This document shows positions 13,048 to 24,461 of a DNA stretch of 64,000 nt, piece by piece; positions within the stretch are counted from its first letter, which is position 1, and every line of letters starts with the position of its first letter. Below the pieces are notes generated by a model that was not told where the DNA came from, made no database searches, and was given only the letters and a program-made list of their open reading frames with translations. The stretch lies in NCBI RefSeq assembly GCF_058153355.1, contig NZ_CM177019.1. One strand, written 5' to 3'. The position numbers and the translations under genes are program-made.

Positions 13048-13788
13048 GTGAAGTTCAAAGTTATCGCCCTGGCGGCATTAATGGGTATTAGCGGGATGGC
13101 AGCGCAGGCTAACGAATTGCCGGATGGACCGCATATTGTCACCTCCGGTACGGCAAGCGTGGATGCGGTGCCAGACATTGCCACTCTTGCGATTGAAGTC
13201 AACGTGGCCGCGAAGGATGCCGCTACTGCCAAGAAACAGGCGGATGAGCGCGTCGCACAATACATTTCCTTCCTTGAACTCAATCAGATCGCGAAAAAAG
13301 ATATCAGCTCAGCGAACTTACGCACCCAGCCAGATTATGATTATCAGGATGGTAAAAGTATCCTGAAAGGCTACCGTGCTGTGAGAACGGTGGAAGTCAC
13401 GCTCCGTCAGTTAGACAAACTGAATTCCTTGCTGGATGGTGCGCTGAAGGCGGGTCTTAACGAAATTCGTTCTGTATCGCTGGGCGTGGCGCAGCCGGAT
13501 GCCTATAAAGACAAAGCGCGTAAGGCAGCGATTGATAACGCGTTTCATCAGGCGCAGGAACTGGCGAACGGCTTTCATCGTAAACTAGGGCCGGTATATA
13601 GCGTGCGCTACCATGTTTCCAACTATCAGCCCAGCCCAATGGTGCGGATGATGAAAGCCGATGCCGCGCCGGTCTCAGCCCAGGAAACTTACGAGCAGGC
13701 TGCTATTCAGTTTGATGATCAGGTCGATGTGGTCTTCCAGTTAGAACCTGTGGATCAACAACCCGCTAAAACACCTGCCGCACAATAA
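13048..13788 (+). CDS. yggE: periplasmic oxidative-stress defence protein (DUF541/SIMPL)
   Basis: 246-aa ORF with signal peptide; recognised YggE. Confidence 0.85.
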   Translation: MKFKVIALAALMGISGMAAQANELPDGPHIVTSGTASVDAVPDIATLAIEVNVAAKDAATAKKQADERVAQYISFLELNQIAKKDISSANLRTQPDYDYQDGKSILKGYRAVRTVEVTLRQLDKLNSLLDGALKAGLNEIRSVSLGVAQPDAYKDKARKAAIDNAFHQAQELANGFHRKLGPVYSVRYHVSNYQPSPMVRMMKADAAPVSAQETYEQAAIQFDDQVDVVFQLEPVDQQPAKTPAAQ

Positions 13789-13955
13789 TACTTGTAGCCC
13801 GACGTATTGGTCGGGCTAATGCCTTTACCCGATATTGCCTCCTTTTTCTGTAATTTTCTGTAAAACCATGACGTAATCACCTATCTTTGCTCGCGGTTTC
13901 ATCAAGGATAGGCTGACTGAAACGGTTAAGCGGACAAGGATGCGGGGGAGCGGGG

Positions 13956-14852
13956 ATGGACATTTTTATTTCGAAAAAGATGCGCAATTTCATTTTATTA
14001 GCGCAAACCAATAATATTGCCCGGGCGGCAGAAAAAATCCATATGACGGCTTCGCCATTTGGCAAAAGCATTGCCGCGCTGGAAGAACAAATTGGCTATA
14101 CGCTATTTACCCGCAAAGATAATAATATCAGCCTCAATAAAGCCGGGCAGGAACTGTATCAAAAACTGTTCCCGGTTTATCAACGGCTTTCTGCGATTGA
14201 TAATGAAATCCATAACTCAGGACGTCGTTCACGAGAAATTGTGATAGGCATAGATAATACTTATCCGACCATTATTTTTGATCAGTTGATTAGTCTCGGA
14301 GATAAGTACGAAGGCGTGACCGCCCAGCCAGTTGAGTTCAGCGAAAACGGCGTTATCGATAATCTTTTTGACCGTCAGTTAGATTTTATAATCTCCCCAC
14401 AGCATGTATCTGCACGAGTTCAGGAACTGGAAAACCTGACTATCAGTGAACTACCACCGCTGCGATTGGGCTTTCTCGTTTCTCGCCGTTATGAAGAGCG
14501 ACAAGAGCAAGAGTTGCTTCAGGAGCTACCCTGGCTACAAATGCGCTTTCAGAACCGGGCCAACTTCGAAGCAATGATTGATGCGAATATGCGTCCTTGT
14601 GGGATCAATCCCACCATTATTTATCGACCTTACAGTTTTATGGCCAAAATCAGCGCCGTGGAGCGCGGACATTTTCTGACGGTGATCCCGCATTTTGCCT
14701 GGCGACTGGTGAATCCGGCAACGCTGAAATATTTTGATGCGCCGCACAGGCCGATGTATATGCAGGAATATCTTTATTCAATCAGAAATCATCGTTATAC
14801 CGCCACGATGCTTCAGCATATTGCTGAAGATCGTGACGGGACGAGTCATTAA
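13956..14852 (+). CDS. ygfI: LysR-family transcriptional regulator
   Basis: 298-aa ORF with N-terminal helix-turn-helix; divergent from the scp operon. Confidence 0.8.
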   Translation: MDIFISKKMRNFILLAQTNNIARAAEKIHMTASPFGKSIAALEEQIGYTLFTRKDNNISLNKAGQELYQKLFPVYQRLSAIDNEIHNSGRRSREIVIGIDNTYPTIIFDQLISLGDKYEGVTAQPVEFSENGVIDNLFDRQLDFIISPQHVSARVQELENLTISELPPLRLGFLVSRRYEERQEQELLQELPWLQMRFQNRANFEAMIDANMRPCGINPTIIYRPYSFMAKISAVERGHFLTVIPHFAWRLVNPATLKYFDAPHRPMYMQEYLYSIRNHRYTATMLQHIAEDRDGTSH

Positions 14853-16327
14853 CCCAGCATCGAGCCGGTTGCAATTAAATTACGGTGTAAATCGAAGACG
14901 TGGCTAAGATCGTGGTGAATATGTCCGCCGGGCGCATTTTCCAGATAGCGATGCAGATAATCCCGATACATAGGATGTGCACAATTATCAATGATGGTGC
15001 GGGCGCGTTGAAGCGGGGAAAGACCACGCAGATCGGCGATCCCTTGTTCGGTGATGATCACTTTGACGCTGTGTTCGCTGTGATCAACATGGCTGCACAT
15101 TGGCACGACGGTTGAGATCTTGCCTTCTTTAGCAATCGACGGGGCCATAAAGATCGACAGATACGCGTTGCGTTCAAAATCACCGCTGCCACCGATGCCG
15201 TTCATCAGATCGACCCCGGCTACGTGCGTTGAGTTGGCATGCCCGTAAATATCAAACTCCAGGCCGACGTTCAGAGCGATGACGCCCAGACGACGGATGA
15301 TTTCCGGGTTATTGGAAATCTCCTGCGGACGCAACACAATGCGGCTGGCAAAGTAATCCATATTGTCGTAAATCTTGCGCAGGGAATCGGCCGAGATAGT
15401 CAGGCTGGAGGCGCTGGCCCCGCTGATTTTGCCCGTTTCCAGTAAATGCACCACCGATTCCTGTAGCACTTCCGAATACATCATGAACGGAGGAATTTCC
15501 GGGTTTTCCCCTAGTCGCGCCATGACTGCATTATTGATATTGCCCACGCCACTTTGCAGCGGCAGAAATTCCGGCGGAATACGCCCATGCGCCATTTCCT
15601 GCAACAAGAACGTGACCACGTTATCGGCAATCTGCTGGCACATGGGATTTTGCTTATCCAGCATATTACCGGCGTCGGGCAAGTTGGTTTCCACGACGGC
15701 GACAATCTTTTTCGGATCGATTTGCACATAGCGGGTACCGACGCGATCCATTGCATGGAAGATCGATACGCTATTGCGCCGCGGTGGCGCGCCAGGAATC
15801 ACAATATCCGCCAGTTCTGCAACGCGCGGATCGTGATAGTGATTGAGTTCAATGATCACTTTCTTCGCCCGCAGCAGCCAGGTCGGCGCATTACCGATCC
15901 CGCTGGTTAACCAGACTCGACCATCCGGTGCCAGTGCCGATGCTTCAATGACGGCAACATCAATTTCGCCGAAGAAACCGTAATTGACCATTTGCGCCAC
16001 TTCGCTCAAATGCAGGTCAACGAAACTCACCGCGCCCTGATTGATCTTTTTACGTAAACCGGACGATGTTTGATATGGCGCACGCCAGGAAACAGCATCG
16101 GCGTCAGAAAGTACATCGTCAGCGGCGGCGCTGATTGACGCCCCCGTCAGTAGGCGGATTTGATACGGCTTTTTGGCCTCATGCTGTTCGTTAGCTCTGC
16201 GGGCAATGGCGGTGGGAAGGGCTTTCGGCGAACCCGCCGGGGTAAAGCCGCTAAATGCCACCATGTCGTTATGCTGGATAATTTCTGCCGCTTCATCGGC
16301 GGTCATCCTTGTCCACTGAGTTTCCAT
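14849..16327 (-). CDS. scpC: propionyl-CoA:succinate CoA transferase
   Basis: 492-aa ORF; recognised YgfH/ScpC. Confidence 0.9.
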   Translation of the reverse strand: METQWTRMTADEAAEIIQHNDMVAFSGFTPAGSPKALPTAIARRANEQHEAKKPYQIRLLTGASISAAADDVLSDADAVSWRAPYQTSSGLRKKINQGAVSFVDLHLSEVAQMVNYGFFGEIDVAVIEASALAPDGRVWLTSGIGNAPTWLLRAKKVIIELNHYHDPRVAELADIVIPGAPPRRNSVSIFHAMDRVGTRYVQIDPKKIVAVVETNLPDAGNMLDKQNPMCQQIADNVVTFLLQEMAHGRIPPEFLPLQSGVGNINNAVMARLGENPEIPPFMMYSEVLQESVVHLLETGKISGASASSLTISADSLRKIYDNMDYFASRIVLRPQEISNNPEIIRRLGVIALNVGLEFDIYGHANSTHVAGVDLMNGIGGSGDFERNAYLSIFMAPSIAKEGKISTVVPMCSHVDHSEHSVKVIITEQGIADLRGLSPLQRARTIIDNCAHPMYRDYLHRYLENAPGGHIHHDLSHVFDLHRNLIATGSMLG

Positions 16328-16350
16328 TTTTACTCCTTCGTTCGCAGGGA

Positions 16351-17136
16351 TTAATGACCAACGAAATTAGGTTTACGTTTTTCGAGGAAAGCGTTCATCC
16401 CTTCCTGGTAATCTTCGCTGTCATAAACCGCGCGGCGCATCCCCTGAATACGTTCAAATTCATCGGAGTTCATGGTGTGCGCTTCGCCCAGTACACGCAG
16501 TTCTTCTTTGATAACGGCAATGGCTAACGGCGCTTTCTCAGAGATGTGGTGCGCCATTTGTAAGGTGAAATCTTCCAGTTCTTCCACTTCCACAACATGA
16601 TTGAGGATGCCGACAGCCAGCGCGCGCTGGGCTGTGATTGGCGAAGCGGTAAAAATCAGCTCTTTGACAATGTGGAAGCCCGCGTCGCGGGTCAGGTTGT
16701 GAATGCCGACCAGGTTATACGGGACGCCGAGGTTTACAGGCGTCATTGAGAAGGTTGAGGTACTGGCGGCGATGATCAGATCGGAACTCATGATCATTTC
16801 AAATGCTCCCCCCCAAACACTACCTTCCACCATCGAAATGATCGGTTTCGGGAATTTTTGGATCATGCGGGTGATTTGACGCAACGGATCATCATAAGAG
16901 AGCGGATCGCGACCGCCAGACGGAAGTTCGTGAATATCGTGACCTGCGGAGAAGACTTTGGATCCACTCGGCGCGCGCAAAATGATACAGCGAATTTCCG
17001 GCCGGTTGAGATCGCTTAATGCCTGCATAAGATCATCAATAAAGACTTTACTTAAGGCATTAAGTTTTCGGCCATAGTTAAACTCAATGACCGCCACTTT
17101 GTTGATAGTGGCAACGTTCACATGCTGATAAGACAT
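16351..17136 (-). CDS. scpB: methylmalonyl-CoA decarboxylase (crotonase fold)
   Basis: Start at 17136 (MSYQHVNVATINKVAVIEF); 261 aa. Confidence 0.88.
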   Translation of the reverse strand: MSYQHVNVATINKVAVIEFNYGRKLNALSKVFIDDLMQALSDLNRPEIRCIILRAPSGSKVFSAGHDIHELPSGGRDPLSYDDPLRQITRMIQKFPKPIISMVEGSVWGGAFEMIMSSDLIIAASTSTFSMTPVNLGVPYNLVGIHNLTRDAGFHIVKELIFTASPITAQRALAVGILNHVVEVEELEDFTLQMAHHISEKAPLAIAVIKEELRVLGEAHTMNSDEFERIQGMRRAVYDSEDYQEGMNAFLEKRKPNFVGH

Positions 17137-17146
17137 AAAAATTCCT

Positions 17147-18142
17147 TTAATCAAAATATTGCGTCTGGATAAATTCACTAAGCTGCCGCAGGCCGGTGCG
17201 CGGTGAGAGCGTATTATTTTTGACCGCTAAAAGCGTCTGGCGGTAATAGCGATCGAAATCTTCATTCGCGAACAGGTGATTCAGTACTTCTTCTTCGGTC
17301 TGCTTACGCAGCCATTCCACCGATTGTTGTTGCCGCACTTGCTGTAAACGACCACTGGCAGTTAGCGCGGTTTTGAAGTCGATGATGGCGTGCCAGATCT
17401 CATCGATTCCACGTTTTTCCAGTGCGCTACAAGTCAGAACTCGTGGCTGCCATTCGTCGTATTTACGTCGCAGAATATGCAGGGCACTCTCGTACATATG
17501 CCGGGCAATGGCGACATTGGTATGGTTATCGCCATCGTCTTTGTTGATAACGATCAGATCTGCCACTTCCATCAGTCCCTTTTTAATCCCCTGCAGATCA
17601 TCGCCGCCACCGGCAATTTGCAACGAGATAAAACAGTCCACCATGCGGGCGACTTCCGTTTCCGACTGTCCGACGCCAACCGTTTCGACAATCACTACGT
17701 CATAACCCGCCGCTTCGCATAACAGCATTAATTCCCGCGCTCGCTGACTGGCACCGCCCAGATGGCTGGAGGATGGTACCGGGCGAATAAACGCCGCCTC
17801 GGCACGCGCCAGGTCATTCATGCGGGTTTTATCCCCGAAAATGCTACCGCCAGTGACCGGGCTGCTGGGATCGACCGCAATAACCGCAACCTTTAGTCCC
17901 TCACGAATCAACAACATGCCAAAGGCTCCAAGAAAGGTACTTTTCCCCGCGCCGGGTGTGCCGGTAACACCCAGTCGCAGGGCGTTACCACAGAACGGCA
18001 TAATGGCATCAAGCAGTTGCGTACTTAGCGCCTGATGACGCGGGTGACGGCTTTCCACCAGCGTCATGGCCTGGGCGAGCGTGGCACGCTCACCCTGACG
18101 TAAGCGGCGAATACTTTCTGCCAGCGTGGCTTCATTAATCAT
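17147..18142 (-). CDS. argK: methylmalonyl-CoA mutase-associated GTPase (MeaB/ArgK)
   Basis: 331-aa ORF with P-loop GTPGAGKST; overlaps scpA stop. Confidence 0.9.
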   Translation of the reverse strand: MINEATLAESIRRLRQGERATLAQAMTLVESRHPRHQALSTQLLDAIMPFCGNALRLGVTGTPGAGKSTFLGAFGMLLIREGLKVAVIAVDPSSPVTGGSIFGDKTRMNDLARAEAAFIRPVPSSSHLGGASQRARELMLLCEAAGYDVVIVETVGVGQSETEVARMVDCFISLQIAGGGDDLQGIKKGLMEVADLIVINKDDGDNHTNVAIARHMYESALHILRRKYDEWQPRVLTCSALEKRGIDEIWHAIIDFKTALTASGRLQQVRQQQSVEWLRKQTEEEVLNHLFANEDFDRYYRQTLLAVKNNTLSPRTGLRQLSEFIQTQYFD

Positions 18143-20279
18143 GATGCTGGCTTATCAGATTCAGTACGTCGCGCACGCTGTCGAGCATAGGCGTACCTGG
18201 ACCATAAATCGCCGCCACGCCGCGCTCCTGCAGGAAGGCGTAATCCTGCGGTGGAATGACGCCACCCGCGACCACGAAAATATCTTCGCGATTCCATTTC
18301 TTCAGCGCTTCGACCAGTTCCGGGATCAGCGTTTTATGACCGGCAGCCAGTGAAGATGCGCCCACTATGTGAACGTCGTTTTCTACTGCCAGGCGGGCGA
18401 TCTCTTCAGGTGTAGAGAACATCGGGCTTAAATCTACGTCGAAACCGAGATCGGAATAGGCGCTGGCGATCACTTTCGCGCCGCGATCGTGCCCATCCTG
18501 GCCCATTTTGGCGATCAGAATGCGCGGGCGACGACCATTGTCGGCAAGGAACTGCTCCGTTTGCGCAACAATGGCATCGAACTCGGAGGCCGATTTCTCA
18601 GACTGATGATAGCTTTGCGCAATCACGCCGGTAACACACTGGCTTGGCACCAGATAACGGTCGAAAGCGGCTTCCAGCGCATCGGAAATTTCACCCAGGG
18701 TGGCGCGAACGCGAGCGGCATTAACAGCGGCAGCCAGCAGGTTTTCGTTGTGCTGTGCGGCGTGAGTCAGGGCGTTCAACGCGGCGGTTACGGCGGCATC
18801 ATCACGGGTGGCGCGAATGCGTTCCAGCGAAGCAATTTGCTCGTTACGCACCATCACGTTGTCGATCTCAAGTACATCGGTTTCGTCTTCGTGATCCAGT
18901 TTGTACTTGTTGACACCAACGATGACACGCTTGCCCTGGTCGATCAACGACTGTTCGCGCGCGGAGGCCTCTTCGATCATTCGTTTTGGCAGACCTGCTT
19001 CGATCGCTTTCGCCATGCCACCGGCTTCGTCGATCTGTTGGATAATGGCTCTGGCTTGTTTGACGATTTGATCGGTCAGCGATTCAACGTAATAGGATCC
19101 GGCCAGTGGATCGACGGTGCGGCAGAGTTCTGATTCTTCCTGAATGATGATCTGGGTATTGCGGGCAATGCGTGCTGAGAAATCGGTTGGCAAACCCAGC
19201 GCTTCATCAAAGGCGTTGGTATGCAATGACTGAGTACCGCCCAGCGTTGCAGCCAGTGCTTCAATGGTGGTGCGGATAACGTTGTTATACGGATCCTGTT
19301 CAGTCAGGCTCCAGCCTGAGGTCTGGCAGTGGGTACGCAGCGCCAGTGATTTCGGATCCTGTGCGCCAAATCCACTGACCGCTTCGCTCCATAAATAACG
19401 TGCCGCACGCAACATGGCGACGTTCATAAACAGATCCATGCCAATGCCGAAGAAAAACGACAGGCGAGGAGCAAAGTCATCAATTTTCAGCCCAGCGGAG
19501 ATTGCTGCTTTGATGTACTCAATCCCATCAGCGAGCGTAAATGCTACCTGCTGCACGCAGTTGGCACCCGCTTCACCCATATGGTAACCGCTGATACTGA
19601 TGGTATTAAATCGCGGCATGTTGCCGGAACACCAGGCGATGATGTCTGCGATAATACGCATTGACGGTTTTGGCGGGTAAATATAGGTGTTGCGGCAAAG
19701 ATACTCTTTGAGGATATCGTTCTGAATGGTGCCTGTCAGTTTATCGGGTGTAACACCTTGCTCTTCTGCGGCGACAATATAAAACGCCAGTACTGGTAGT
19801 ACTGCGCCATTCATGGTCATCGAAACCGACATTTTATCCAGCGGGATCTGGTCGAACAGGACTTTCATATCTTCCACGGTGTCGATGGCGACGCCCGCTT
19901 TGCCGACGTCACCCGCAACGCGCGGGTTATCGGAGTCGTAGCCACGGTGGGTGGCAAGGTCAAACGCAACGGAAAGACCTTTTTGCCCGGCGGCCAGGTT
20001 ACGGCGATAAAAAGCGTTAGACTCTTTTGCTGTCGAGAAACCGGCATACTGACGGATAGTCCACGGTTGGGCGGTATACATAGTGGCACGCGGGCCACGA
20101 ACGTAGGGTGGCAAACCAGGAAGGGTACCGGTCACTTCCAGATTATCGAGATCGGCTTCAGTATACAGCGGCTTGATGGCGATCCCTTCTGCGGTTTGCT
20201 GAACCAGCGAGTCGACAGTTTTCTCCCGACGGCTCAATTCCTTGTTGGCAAGCTGTTGCCACTCCTGCACGTTAGACAT
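18135..20279 (-). CDS. scpA: methylmalonyl-CoA mutase (sleeping beauty mutase)
   Basis: Start at 20279 ([14 protein letters not shown]); 714 aa; B12-dependent mutase sequence. Confidence 0.92.
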   Translation of the reverse strand: MSNVQEWQQLANKELSRREKTVDSLVQQTAEGIAIKPLYTEADLDNLEVTGTLPGLPPYVRGPRATMYTAQPWTIRQYAGFSTAKESNAFYRRNLAAGQKGLSVAFDLATHRGYDSDNPRVAGDVGKAGVAIDTVEDMKVLFDQIPLDKMSVSMTMNGAVLPVLAFYIVAAEEQGVTPDKLTGTIQNDILKEYLCRNTYIYPPKPSMRIIADIIAWCSGNMPRFNTISISGYHMGEAGANCVQQVAFTLADGIEYIKAAISAGLKIDDFAPRLSFFFGIGMDLFMNVAMLRAARYLWSEAVSGFGAQDPKSLALRTHCQTSGWSLTEQDPYNNVIRTTIEALAATLGGTQSLHTNAFDEALGLPTDFSARIARNTQIIIQEESELCRTVDPLAGSYYVESLTDQIVKQARAIIQQIDEAGGMAKAIEAGLPKRMIEEASAREQSLIDQGKRVIVGVNKYKLDHEDETDVLEIDNVMVRNEQIASLERIRATRDDAAVTAALNALTHAAQHNENLLAAAVNAARVRATLGEISDALEAAFDRYLVPSQCVTGVIAQSYHQSEKSASEFDAIVAQTEQFLADNGRRPRILIAKMGQDGHDRGAKVIASAYSDLGFDVDLSPMFSTPEEIARLAVENDVHIVGASSLAAGHKTLIPELVEALKKWNREDIFVVAGGVIPPQDYAFLQERGVAAIYGPGTPMLDSVRDVLNLISQHHD

Positions 20280-20482
20280 TATTTGCTCCATAAAACGCAA
20301 TCAAAATGAGGGTATTTGCGCTTACGGTGAGCTTTTTACGTGGGTTTGTCGCCAGCAAAAAAAATGCATTCAGACGTCGTTTTTTGCCGCCTGAGATTTG
20401 TCTATTTTGTGATGTGATTCAAGGAATACAAAAAGAACTGGAGGTGATGCCTGGTATGTATTACCAGGCATTATTTGATGGA

Positions 20483-21376
20483 TTATTCCTGACGAAGAAC
20501 TTTGTGACCATAATCGAGCAACGCATCAGTGACTTTACGCATCATGCGGCTTTCAGGAGCAAAGCGGTGCCAGTAGAGCATCCGGCGTTGAAATAGCCCT
20601 GGCGTTAAGTCAATCAGTTCGCCGCTGGCCAGTTCTTTCTCGATTTGCAGATGTGGGATCATACAGCAGGTGGTCCCCTGACGAGCAAGTTGCACGAACG
20701 CTTCTGAAGAATTAACGATATGGCAGGGTACGCTGCCTGGAGGCAGATCAAAGTTTTGCTGCAAAAAGGCCTGGTGCATATCATCAAGATGGTCAAAGGC
20801 GACCACTGGCGCTTTCAGTAATGCCGAACGCGTTACGCCGTTAGGGAAATATTTTTCGGCGAACGGTTTTGAGCTGACGAACAGATAGTCGAGCGCACCG
20901 AGCTTATCGACAAGACAACTCGGTAGCGCCTGATGTTGAATACTCACCGCGCCGACCACTTCGCCGCGACGCAGACGTTCCTGAGTGCGGGTTTCATCTT
21001 CTACCTGCAAGTTGAGGCGGATAGGCGAATCAGCTAACACAGGAGCCAGCGCCGGAAGCAACCACGTCGCCAGACTGTCAGCGTTGACCGCCAGTGAAAG
21101 CAGCAGCGGAGTTGAACCGGTTTGTTCATCGCCCAGCCACTCTTCTTCCAGTAACTCCACCTGGCGTAGCAGTGCCAGCAGTTTTTGCCCTTGTTCCGTC
21201 GGGCGCGGCGGTACGGTACGCACCAACAGCGGCTGCCCGAACATATTTTCCAGTTGCTTAATGCGCTGTGAGACGGCTGATTGTGTAATGCACAGCTTTT
21301 GTGCCGCGCGCTCAAATCCTCGTTCACGTATCACCGCATCCAGTGCCTGTAATGTTCTGTAGTCCGGGCGTTTCAT
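20483..21376 (-). CDS. argP: LysR-family regulator ArgP (IciA)
   Basis: Start at 21376 ([15 protein letters not shown]); 297 aa. Confidence 0.9.
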   Translation of the reverse strand: MKRPDYRTLQALDAVIRERGFERAAQKLCITQSAVSQRIKQLENMFGQPLLVRTVPPRPTEQGQKLLALLRQVELLEEEWLGDEQTGSTPLLLSLAVNADSLATWLLPALAPVLADSPIRLNLQVEDETRTQERLRRGEVVGAVSIQHQALPSCLVDKLGALDYLFVSSKPFAEKYFPNGVTRSALLKAPVVAFDHLDDMHQAFLQQNFDLPPGSVPCHIVNSSEAFVQLARQGTTCCMIPHLQIEKELASGELIDLTPGLFQRRMLYWHRFAPESRMMRKVTDALLDYGHKVLRQE

Positions 21377-21516
21377 TGCTGTTGTCTGCTCCTGGTAAAT
21401 GCTTTTTCCTGCACTATGACACAATTTTGCGTCAGGTTGCATATACCGAAGCCGTCGGCGGGTACATTTGTATCAGTGGTTAAACACGCAGCTTAAAAGA
21501 TCAGGGATTTGCGCTA

Positions 21517-21747
21517 TTGCATTTCGCTCAGCGAGTTCGCGCCCTGGTTGTGTTGAATGGCGTGGCGTTATTGCCTCAATTTGCCTGTAAACAGGGGCTT
21601 GCCAACGGTGAACTGGTGCGCCTGTTCGCACCGTGGAGCGGCATACCCAGACCGTTGTATGCTTTATTTGCCGGGCGAAAGGGGATGCCCGCCATTGCGC
21701 GATATTTTATGGATGAGTTAACCACGCGGCTTGCCAACGGGGTCTGA
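21517..21747 (+). pseudogene. yqfE: LysR-family regulator C-terminal remnant
   Basis: 76-aa ORF resembling only the C-terminal effector-domain end of a LysR regulator; no N-terminal helix-turn-helix domain present. Confidence 0.55.
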
Positions 21748-21762
21748 ATCGCTTTTTTTGTA

Positions 21763-21887
21763 TATACTCGTCATACTTCAAGTTGCATGTGCTGCGTCTG
21801 CGTTCGCTCACCCCAGTCACTTACTTCTGTAAGCTCCTGGGGATTCACTCTCTTGTCGCCTCCCTGCAACTCGAATTATTTAGAGTA
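21763..21887. repeat. ERIC element, copy 2 (inverted relative to copy 1)
   Basis: Reverse complement matches 8453-8577 with about 3 mismatches. Confidence 0.85.
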
Positions 21888-21925
21888 TAATGCGAGTGAA
21901 ATTTCATACCACAGGCGAAACGATC

Positions 21926-22585
21926 ATGACGCAGGATGAATTGAAAAAAGCAGTAGGATGGGCGGCACTTCAGTATGTTCAGCCCGGCACCATTGTTGGT
22001 GTAGGTACAGGTTCCACCGCCGCACACTTTATTGACGCGCTCGGCACGATGAAAGGCCAGATTGAAGGGGCCGTTTCCAGTTCGGATGCGTCCACTGAAA
22101 AACTGAAAAGCCTCGGCATTCACGTTTTTGATCTCAACGAAGTCGACAGCCTTGGCATCTACGTCGACGGTGCAGATGAAATCAACGGCCACATGCAGAT
22201 GATCAAAGGCGGCGGCGCGGCGCTGACCCGTGAAAAAATCATTGCTTCGGTTGCGGAAAAATTTATCTGTATTGCAGACGCTTCTAAGCAGGTTGATATT
22301 CTGGGCAAATTCCCGCTGCCAGTAGAAGTTATCCCGATGGCACGTAGTGCAGTGGCGCGCCAGCTGGTGAAACTGGGCGGTCGTCCGGAATACCGCCAGG
22401 GCGTGGTGACCGATAACGGCAACGTGATCCTCGACGTCCACGGCATGGAAATCCTTGACCCAATAGCGATGGAAAACGCCATAAATGCGATTCCGGGCGT
22501 GGTGACTGTTGGCTTATTTGCTAACCGTGGCGCGGACGTTGCGCTGATTGGCACACCTGACGGTGTCAAAACCATTGTGAAATGA
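21926..22585 (+). CDS. rpiA: ribose-5-phosphate isomerase A
   Basis: Start at 21926 ([15 protein letters not shown]); 219 aa. Confidence 0.93.
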
Positions 22586-22840
22586 TCTGACGGGGGAATC
22601 TCCCCCGTTAAAAAAATTCTCTTCGTTAAATTTGGTGACATGTGTCACGTTTTTACCTGGCTATTGTCGATTGCTCTAAATAAATCCTCTAATCCAGCAT
22701 ATTCATCCAAGAAAAACCTTTGCGTGATATTTCCTCAACATCGCGACGCAAACGTTCATATTGCCGCAATATTATTTTTTGATATGTTGAAAGGCGGATG
22801 CAAATCCGCACACAACATTTCAAAAGACAGGATTGGGTAA

Positions 22841-24073
22841 ATGGCAAAGGTATCGCTGGAGAAAGACAAGATTAAGTTTCTGCTGGTAGAAGGCGTGCAC
22901 CAAAAGGCGCTGGAAAGCCTTCGTGCAGCGGGTTACACCAACATCGAATTTCACAAAGGCGCGCTGGATGATGAACAATTAAAAGAATCCATCCGCGATG
23001 CCCACTTCATCGGCCTGCGATCCCGTACCCATCTGACTGAAGACGTGATCAACGCCGCAGAAAAACTGGTCGCTATTGGCTGTTTCTGTATCGGAACAAA
23101 CCAGGTTGATCTGGATGCAGCTGCAAAACGCGGGATCCCGGTATTTAACGCACCGTTCTCTAATACGCGCTCTGTTGCGGAGCTGGTAATTGGCGAACTT
23201 CTGCTGCTATTGCGCGGCGTACCGGAAGCCAACGCTAAAGCGCACCGTGGTGTCTGGAACAAGCTGGCAGCTGGCTCTTTTGAAGCGCGCGGCAAAAAGC
23301 TGGGTATCATCGGCTATGGTCATATTGGTACACAGTTGGGCATTCTGGCTGAATCGCTGGGAATGTATGTTTACTTTTATGATATTGAAAACAAACTGCC
23401 GCTGGGCAACGCCACTCAGGTACAGCATCTTTCTGATCTGCTGAATATGAGCGATGTGGTGAGTTTGCATGTGCCAGAGAATCCGTCCACCAAAAATATG
23501 ATGGGCGCGAAAGAGATTTCACTAATGAAGCCCGGCTCGCTGCTGATTAATGCCTCGCGCGGAACGGTGGTGGATATTCCGGCGCTGTGTGACGCGCTGG
23601 CGAGCAAACACCTGGCAGGTGCGGCAATCGATGTCTTCCCGACGGAACCGGCGACCAACAGCGATCCATTTACCTCTCCGCTGTGTGAATTCGACAACGT
23701 CCTTCTGACGCCACATATTGGCGGTTCGACTCAGGAAGCGCAGGAGAATATCGGCCTGGAAGTTGCGGGTAAATTGATCAAGTATTCTGACAATGGCTCA
23801 ACGCTCTCTGCGGTGAACTTCCCGGAAGTCTCGCTGCCACTGCACGGTGGGCGTCGTCTGATGCACATCCACGAAAACCGTCCGGGCGTGCTAACTGCGC
23901 TCAACAAAATTTTTGCCGAGCAGGGCGTCAACATCGCCGCGCAATATCTGCAAACTTCCGCCCAGATGGGTTATGTAGTTATTGATATTGAAGCCGACGA
24001 AGACGTTGCCGAAAAAGCGCTGCAGGCAATGAAAGCTATTCCGGGTACCATTCGCGCCCGTCTGCTGTACTAA
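22841..24073 (+). CDS. serA: D-3-phosphoglycerate dehydrogenase
   Basis: 410-aa ORF MAKVSLEKDKIKFLLVEGVHQ...; canonical SerA. Confidence 0.95.
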   Translation: MAKVSLEKDKIKFLLVEGVHQKALESLRAAGYTNIEFHKGALDDEQLKESIRDAHFIGLRSRTHLTEDVINAAEKLVAIGCFCIGTNQVDLDAAAKRGIPVFNAPFSNTRSVAELVIGELLLLLRGVPEANAKAHRGVWNKLAAGSFEARGKKLGIIGYGHIGTQLGILAESLGMYVYFYDIENKLPLGNATQVQHLSDLLNMSDVVSLHVPENPSTKNMMGAKEISLMKPGSLLINASRGTVVDIPALCDALASKHLAGAAIDVFPTEPATNSDPFTSPLCEFDNVLLTPHIGGSTQEAQENIGLEVAGKLIKYSDNGSTLSAVNFPEVSLPLHGGRRLMHIHENRPGVLTALNKIFAEQGVNIAAQYLQTSAQMGYVVIDIEADEDVAEKALQAMKAIPGTIRARLLY

Positions 24074-24093
24074 ATCCCCTTCTCTGAAAATCA

Positions 24094-24125
24094 ACGGGCA
24101 GGTCACTGACTTGCCCGTTTTTTTA
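24094..24125 (+). terminator. serA intrinsic terminator
   Basis: Hairpin ACGGGCA...TGCCCGT followed by TTTTTTT. Confidence 0.75.
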
Positions 24126-24229
24126 TCCCTTCTCCACACCGTTGCCGCATTGCGCATTCTACTTTGCGAGTCTGCTCCAGAAAATAAATCAAAGTCAGAT
24201 CAATGCGTTGTGTTTGTTTAATGAGGATT

Positions 24230-24375
24230 TAGGATGGCGAGGCAGCATAGGGCTACAACGGTAAAGCCCTCACCGAAGCGAGGGCTTGAAGGAGAAGGGT
24301 TATGATGCGACTCGTCATCATACTGATTGTACTGTTACTCATAAGTTTCCCAGCTTATTAACAGTCAGTCACAGG
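24230..24375 (-). ncRNA. sibC: SibC antisense sRNA (antitoxin to ibsC); ends approximate
   Basis: Inferred from the known Sib/Ibs arrangement in which the sRNA fully overlaps the toxin ORF on the opposite strand; boundaries not determinable from sequence alone. Confidence 0.45.
24302..24361 (+). CDS. ibsC: type I toxin IbsC (19-aa hydrophobic peptide)
   Basis: GAAGGAGAAGGG Shine-Dalgarno then ATGATGCGACTCGTCATCATACTGATTGTACTGTTACTCATAAGTTTCCCAGCTTATTAA = MMRLVIILIVLLLISFPAY; too short for the ORF track. Confidence 0.8.
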   Translation: MMRLVIILIVLLLISFPAY

Positions 24376-24461
24376 GGAGGAGCAATCCTCCCTTACCCTT
24401 ACTCACTAAATTAGGTCAAAGAATCAACGATGTCAATCAGGGCGATGCAGGTGTGTCGCCC

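Noticed and set aside
21517-21747. Treating the 76-aa LysR-like ORF as a functional small regulator
   Set aside because: It corresponds only to the extreme C-terminus of a LysR-type protein and lacks the DNA-binding domain; more likely a gene remnant.
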